DNA of 28,939 nt from a virus (Duplodnaviria; Caudoviricetes). The stretch spans positions 1 to 28,939 of IMG/VR virus record IMGVR_UViG_3300017565_000338; one strand, 5' to 3'. This document shows, piece after piece, positions 24,672 through 28,939 of the stretch (positions within the stretch are counted from its first letter, which is position 1; every line of letters begins with the position of its first letter). The position numbers and the translations under genes were made by a program. Under the pieces are notes generated by a model. It saw only the letters and a list, made by a program, of their open reading frames with translations. It had not been told where the DNA came from and made no database searches.

Positions 24672-25151
24672 ATGAGCAAGTCACAGCAGATTCTTGGCCT
24701 TATCTTCCTCCTCGCCATCTGTCTGGGAGTCGGAGTGCTCGGAGCCATCGCCACGACACCTGAGATTGATGGCTGGTATCGAACGTTGCAGAAGCCCTCT
24801 TGGAATCCGCCGGATTGGATTTTCGGCCCCGTCTGGAGCACCCTCTACGTTCTCATGGCGGTGGCGGCATGGCTTGTCTGGAGGCGCGGCGGCTTCAAAG
24901 CGGCGAAACTTCCGTTGGTGCTGTTCGGCCTTCAACTGGTTCTGAATACCGCGTGGTCATGGATCTTTTTTCACTTCCATCAACCGGGCTGGGCTTTTGT
25001 AGAGCTGATCGGACTCTGGGTTACGGTTGCTGCCGTGACGGTCGCGTTTTTCCGAGTCAACAAAACCGCTGGCTTTCTCCTGATTCCTTACCTCGCGTGG
25101 ATCACCTTTGCCGGAGTGTTGAACTTGACCATCTGGCGGATGAATTCCTGA
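24672..25151 (+). CDS. tspO: TspO/MBR family tryptophan-rich sensory protein
   Basis: WY..L.KPSWNPP.WIFGPVW..LY..M, QL.LN.AWS.IFF and LL.PYLAW..FA..LN motifs; 5 TM helices; ATG 24672. Confidence 0.95.
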   Translation: MSKSQQILGLIFLLAICLGVGVLGAIATTPEIDGWYRTLQKPSWNPPDWIFGPVWSTLYVLMAVAAWLVWRRGGFKAAKLPLVLFGLQLVLNTAWSWIFFHFHQPGWAFVELIGLWVTVAAVTVAFFRVNKTAGFLLIPYLAWITFAGVLNLTIWRMNS

Positions 25152-25459
25152 AAACGTGAAGTGAACAGGAAATGCGGCTGTCGCGGCGGTAGAGTCAACC
25201 GGCTGTTCCGAGAATTTCGGTTTTGCGGGTGACGGAACTAGACAGAGTGGCGGAGGGGGTAGTGTGCGGCAATATTTGCCGAACAAATTTCCGCTGAGCG
25301 CAACCAAGAGCATGGACAATACTGGCATCTCTTTGGTGAGCTTGACCGATACGCCAATGCTCTAATGACAAATTCTGGGGAAATTTCCGAAACCATGTCT
25401 TTTCAAGTTGCACAGACATGGTAGTTGTAAAGTGTTGCAACTCTAGGGACTATGGTCGA

Positions 25460-25507
25460 TTGACCTAAGTGGAGTGCGGAATTACAATCCATCTGTCACT
25501 AGGTCAA
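25460..25507 (+). promoter_or_regulatory. Sigma70 promoter with flanking inverted repeat (operator-like)
   Basis: TTGACC-N17-TACAAT (25460-25488); TTGACCTA (25460-25467) and TAGGTCAA (25500-25507) are perfect inverted copies. Confidence 0.7.
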
Positions 25508-25568
25508 CTCAATATTGATTGCTGTAGATCAAGTTTCATTTGGGCGTAAAAACGGGCAACGGCAAAAA

Positions 25569-26255
25569 ATGGCATCAACTCACGAACTCGGATTGGTCGA
25601 ACAATCAATTGTCAGAACGGATTCTGACGTTGGTCGCCACGGAAGTGCGGATGATGTGAGTGTCATGAAAATCAGTGATGCGAAAGCGATTTTTCGTGAT
25701 TATCACGCCGACTTTCGACCTGATATCGAATCTCTGGTCCATTTGTTTCGCGCGACGAACGTTAAAGCTGCTCTGGACAACAGCAACTATTTACACGCTC
25801 TTAGCCTCACAGAGTTAATGTTTCAGCATACGCAAAAGTCATTCTGCATGCTGACCGGTGCAGCAGCCGATGGTTTTCTTTCTTGCTTGCAAGACGGTTT
25901 TGTCGCAATGCTTCGGCGAATCAAAGACGCTGGAGGGAAAGCAAGAATCATCTTAGTTAAAGAGAATGGTGGAACATCAACGATTCTGCAGGATCTCAAA
26001 GGCACCTTTCCAGACACCTTGGAAGTCATCACAGTTGTGCCGTCTGAAGGTTTTCGGATGAAGCACTTTATTGTTTGTGATGATGATATGGTGCGAGATG
26101 AAGAGCTTCACCCCCCTCTTACGGATGAAGCGAGTGCAAACTTGGTTCAAGCCAAAGTGTTTTTCAAGAACAAGACAATTGCAAAGGCGTTTAATACCAA
26201 GTTCAGCACATTCTGGCAGATGATTGTGCAATCTCAAAATGCAGGCCATGCGTGA
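25569..26255 (+). CDS. PLD/nuclease-fold-like protein with degenerate HKD motif
   Basis: N...HA...MF..T.KSF.MLTG, ARIILV, KHFIVCDDDMVRDE and a C-terminal F...F..FW helix, as in single-domain PLD-like proteins. Start uncertain. Confidence 0.55.
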   Translation: MASTHELGLVEQSIVRTDSDVGRHGSADDVSVMKISDAKAIFRDYHADFRPDIESLVHLFRATNVKAALDNSNYLHALSLTELMFQHTQKSFCMLTGAAADGFLSCLQDGFVAMLRRIKDAGGKARIILVKENGGTSTILQDLKGTFPDTLEVITVVPSEGFRMKHFIVCDDDMVRDEELHPPLTDEASANLVQAKVFFKNKTIAKAFNTKFSTFWQMIVQSQNAGHA

Positions 26256-26779
26256 ACAACTTCTTCACAATTATTTCAATTGTGATGGCGGTATCGGGCT
26301 CAACTTACACAACGATCATCGCTATTCGCAATTGGCTAGGAGACGGCGTTAAAGATGCGATTGCAAACGCAGCACAATGCCTAGAGGAAGCCGAAAATGC
26401 GGATCTAAAGAATGTGACATCTTCATGCAAAGAATGTGAGGGGAAGCTTTCTTGCTGGAAAAACATCTGGAGATGGACTTATGCCGTCCCGATCATCCTA
26501 TTCGCTCTAACTGCCTATGGGATGGCGATACACGCTTTGATTGAATACTGGGACAATGGAGCTGTCAACGGCAAAGCTTGGGACGTCTACAAATACCTTT
26601 TAGTGTTGTTATTGATTGTCGATGGTGTTTGCATTATGGCCACTTTTGTTGCAAGGTGGCGTATATGTGCTGAAGTAATCACAATGCAAAAACATCTCAA
26701 GACAGAGAATGAACACCAAGGCAAAAAGCTGCTTCCCACTGGCGGACAATCGAAAATAATTCTGCCACCCGAAAGCTAA
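26252..26779 (+). CDS. Membrane protein with ~3 TM helices
   Basis: GTGA overlap with the upstream gene; hydrophobic segments at about aa 4-25, 77-97 and 113-134; CxxC in the loop. Confidence 0.75.
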   Translation: MNNFFTIISIVMAVSGSTYTTIIAIRNWLGDGVKDAIANAAQCLEEAENADLKNVTSSCKECEGKLSCWKNIWRWTYAVPIILFALTAYGMAIHALIEYWDNGAVNGKAWDVYKYLLVLLLIVDGVCIMATFVARWRICAEVITMQKHLKTENEHQGKKLLPTGGQSKIILPPES

Positions 26780-26808
26780 GTTACGGCTCCGGGGCCTCTT
26801 TGGAACCT

Positions 26809-27207
26809 TCAGAAGATAGCCCCCGTTGTATTCTGTATTGCTTTCGCCATCCCCCGCATCGTCGTATTCTTGAACCGCACCGCCAAGTGACCGGCGATGT
26901 TTGTGATTCGTGTCACAAGCTCCTGCTCTGACAAATCGTCGCGGTCGTGAACTGTCACTTTCAAATAGGGCTCGCTGGGATAGTGCCGGTGGATGCCGTG
27001 TTCGGTTTGAATTTCGTAATCGTCTTGGCACCATCCAAGTGTGCACTGATCGCCAGCGGCTTCAATCAGCTTCCGTGTTTTCTGGAGAACGTCCGGCAGG
27101 TCGATCTTTCCGACAATTCTCGTGCCGGTCAATCCGTGTTCAATTACTACGGAGAGTGACGTTTCCAGTGGGGGAATGATTTCTGAACCGACGATCGCTT
27201 CCGGCAT
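26809..27207 (-). CDS. Hypothetical protein
   Basis: Open frame 26809-27378; first ATG at 27207. No recognisable motif; start uncertain. Confidence 0.45.
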   Translation of the reverse strand: MPEAIVGSEIIPPLETSLSVVIEHGLTGTRIVGKIDLPDVLQKTRKLIEAAGDQCTLGWCQDDYEIQTEHGIHRHYPSEPYLKVTVHDRDDLSEQELVTRITNIAGHLAVRFKNTTMRGMAKAIQNTTGAIF

Positions 27208-27420
27208 ATCGTCAATCCAGATGTTGACGTTCAGCCTGACTTCAGTGATCCCTCTTGTCAAACGACCATTCAGGTTAAGAATAGGAGTTAGTTGAATTGC
27301 ACGGGACTCTCTCGCGAGTGTTCCAGTGCGAGTGGTGAATCGTGGTCGAATTCGTATCGTGAATGTCAGAAAGGGCAACGGTTCACAGACAAGAGCAACA
27401 TTTCACAGAGGAATGAACTC

Positions 27421-27714
27421 ATGCCTGCAACTCGAAACGCTAAAACAACTGTGATCAGTTCCATCAGTCCGGCCTTTGTTGAACAGGGCTGGGAAGGCTT
27501 GGTGAAAATCCACGGGAACGGTTTTGACAGATACAGCTTTGCAAAATTCAACGATGCGACACCTGAAGTGGTTGATCAAAGCGACTCACTTCTTGTTGTT
27601 GAAATCCATCCCGATCTCACGGCGAACCCCGGTCGGATCAGCGTACAGGTTCATACGATAGAATCCGGAACCAGTAATGAAATTCCATTCGTTGTGAAAC
27701 CGAAGTCACGGTAA
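27421..27714 (+). CDS. Stand-alone IPT/TIG (Ig-like) domain protein
   Basis: VISSISP...VKIHGNGF...L.V.I...PG.ISVQV...GTSNEIPFVV pattern; AGAGGA RBS before ATG 27421. Confidence 0.75.
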   Translation: MPATRNAKTTVISSISPAFVEQGWEGLVKIHGNGFDRYSFAKFNDATPEVVDQSDSLLVVEIHPDLTANPGRISVQVHTIESGTSNEIPFVVKPKSR

Positions 27715-27820
27715 ATCACGGCCAGAACTTCAGTCTCCGGCGGTGAGTTCCTCGGAAACCAAGGGGTTCGGTGGATGCGATTTGTCGAGTCCGGATTTTT
27801 CCCGTGAAACGGGTTGTCAA

Positions 27821-28939
27821 TCACCCAATCTTTGCCGCAACAGCCCGGGCCGCGTCCAGATCCCGTTCGGCGTAAATCTCCGTCGTTACTGCCGATGAGT
27901 GGCCCAGCAGGACGCGAGATGCTTCGATTCCGGCTTCTCGGCGGGCCAGTGTGGCGAAGTTGTGCCGAAGTTGGTTCGGGGTCCAGCGGGGAACCGCGGC
28001 GGCGTCACAGGCTCGCTTGATGGCACATGAATATCCTTCCAGGGAATAACTGGTCCTCCCATTTCGGACGGATGGTTTCGCTCCGGATCGGTAGTTTCGT
28101 TTGGTGAACTCCTGCCGACCCTGCTGGGGATTGAACAAATACGCCTCCAGGTCGGTCGTCAGAAACGGGCGGAGAATTTCCTGAGCCTGCTTGCCCAGCA
28201 TCACAACCCGTTGTTTTCCATGGTGGCGGGTTTTGTGGTCGGGAACGTGATACTCCCAAATCTCACCGGACATCGTCAGGTCTGCGGTCCGGAGCTTGAT
28301 GACCTCTCCTGGTCTCATTCCAGAATATCTTTGGAGCTGAATCATCGCCCATACAGGAGCGGTCACATGAGTCTGGATGGCGTCCACGAAAGCGTCGGGG
28401 ACGGTTCCAACAGGTTCGGCTTCGACGGCTCGGGTGCGGCCTTCCTTCAAGCCTTCGACAGTCGTCAGGTCCAACCAGACGGATTTGTCGACGAGTTTCT
28501 GTTTCGCTCCCCACTTGAACATTCCCCGGAGTCGGGAAATGTGCTGGTTGATCGAAGTGCGGACATATCCATCACTGATCAGAACCTCCCGGATGGCGAC
28601 CAGTTTCAGGGAATCGAACTTTTGAGCGGGTAGGTTTCGGTATTTTCGGTTCAGATGGCGAAGGATAATCCGGATGCAATTGACCTCCCCGGTGACCTTG
28701 CCGTTCTTCCGGTAGTAGGTTTTGCAGTGTTCCAGGTAGAGCTTTGTCAGAGACGCGACGGAGACGTTGTAAACCTCCTCGCCGATGGCACGATGCCATT
28801 TGGAAATCTCTTCGGCGTAGCGTTCATGGGACTCTTTTGAGCCGAAAACACCGAGGTAGACGTCCTGCCCATTAATGCGGACACGAGCTTGTCCGGTCGC
28901 TTTGTGGAGAGAGTATTTAGGAACCGTGCGTCGTGGCAT
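27821..28939 (-). CDS. int: Tyrosine recombinase / phage integrase
   Basis: SGMRPGE (Arg), HKT (Lys), NQLRH (box II variant), LLGH and TTEIY (Tyr); N-terminal arm-binding-like domain. Confidence 0.95.
   Translation of the reverse strand: MPRRTVPKYSLHKATGQARVRINGQDVYLGVFGSKESHERYAEEISKWHRAIGEEVYNVSVASLTKLYLEHCKTYYRKNGKVTGEVNCIRIILRHLNRKYRNLPAQKFDSLKLVAIREVLISDGYVRTSINQHISRLRGMFKWGAKQKLVDKSVWLDLTTVEGLKEGRTRAVEAEPVGTVPDAFVDAIQTHVTAPVWAMIQLQRYSGMRPGEVIKLRTADLTMSGEIWEYHVPDHKTRHHGKQRVVMLGKQAQEILRPFLTTDLEAYLFNPQQGRQEFTKRNYRSGAKPSVRNGRTSYSLEGYSCAIKRACDAAAVPRWTPNQLRHNFATLARREAGIEASRVLLGHSSAVTTEIYAERDLDAARAVAAKIG

Larger units (their letters stand above)
1..28939 (-). mobile_element. HK97-like siphovirus prophage, probably Planctomycetota; partial (att sites and lysis/distal tail genes not in the window)
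   Basis: Canonical gene order int - switch - replication - HNH - terS - terL - portal - protease - capsid - head/tail joining - tail tube - chaperones - TMP - tail tip. Almost all on the minus strand with many ATGA/TAATG overlaps. Confidence 0.95.

Noticed and set aside
25208-25441. Short palindromes (CGGCAATATTTGCCG at 25267-25281, GTTGCAAC) and AAATTTCC motifs between tspO and the PLD-like operon
   Set aside because: Short, inconsistent with each other and compatible with chance.
27745-27815. Small hairpins between the IPT gene and integrase as terminator or att site
   Set aside because: Short stems without a proper U-tract; no second copy in the window to define an att core.

Overview
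The whole window is one temperate, HK97-like siphovirus prophage, inferred to be from a Planctomycete. The basis is a DUF1580-like HTH gene, an integrase with an MPR..PKYSLHKATGQARV N-terminus and NQLRH box, and a small DPTPEEI protein. Reading right to left on the minus strand: tyrosine integrase; an accessory region (TspO, a PLD-like plus 3-TM pair, a lone IPT/TIG protein); a switch region; a primase-helicase with a probable embedded origin; HNH, cos, terS and terL; portal, ClpP-type protease and capsid; head-tail joining genes; tail tube, frameshifted tail chaperones, tape measure and tail-tip genes. The window is cut exactly at gene ends, and no att sites or lysis genes are seen. Four things stand out. 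(1) There is no recognisable CI repressor. Instead the switch region carries a highly structured ~165-nt RNA whose unpaired loop and junction are complementary to tandem sites just upstream (C4/P4-CI-like logic), ahead of 3-4 tandem paralogous small HTH-like genes. (2) A 2.6-kb insertion between the prohead protease and capsid genes carries an MNT-like/HEPN pair and an SDH/ClpP-class protease. (3) A PLD-like plus 3-TM operon with its own promoter and operator-like inverted repeat is a candidate anti-phage system. (4) A three-way-junction RNA abuts the capsid RBS. All family calls come from motif recognition by eye; no database searches were run.
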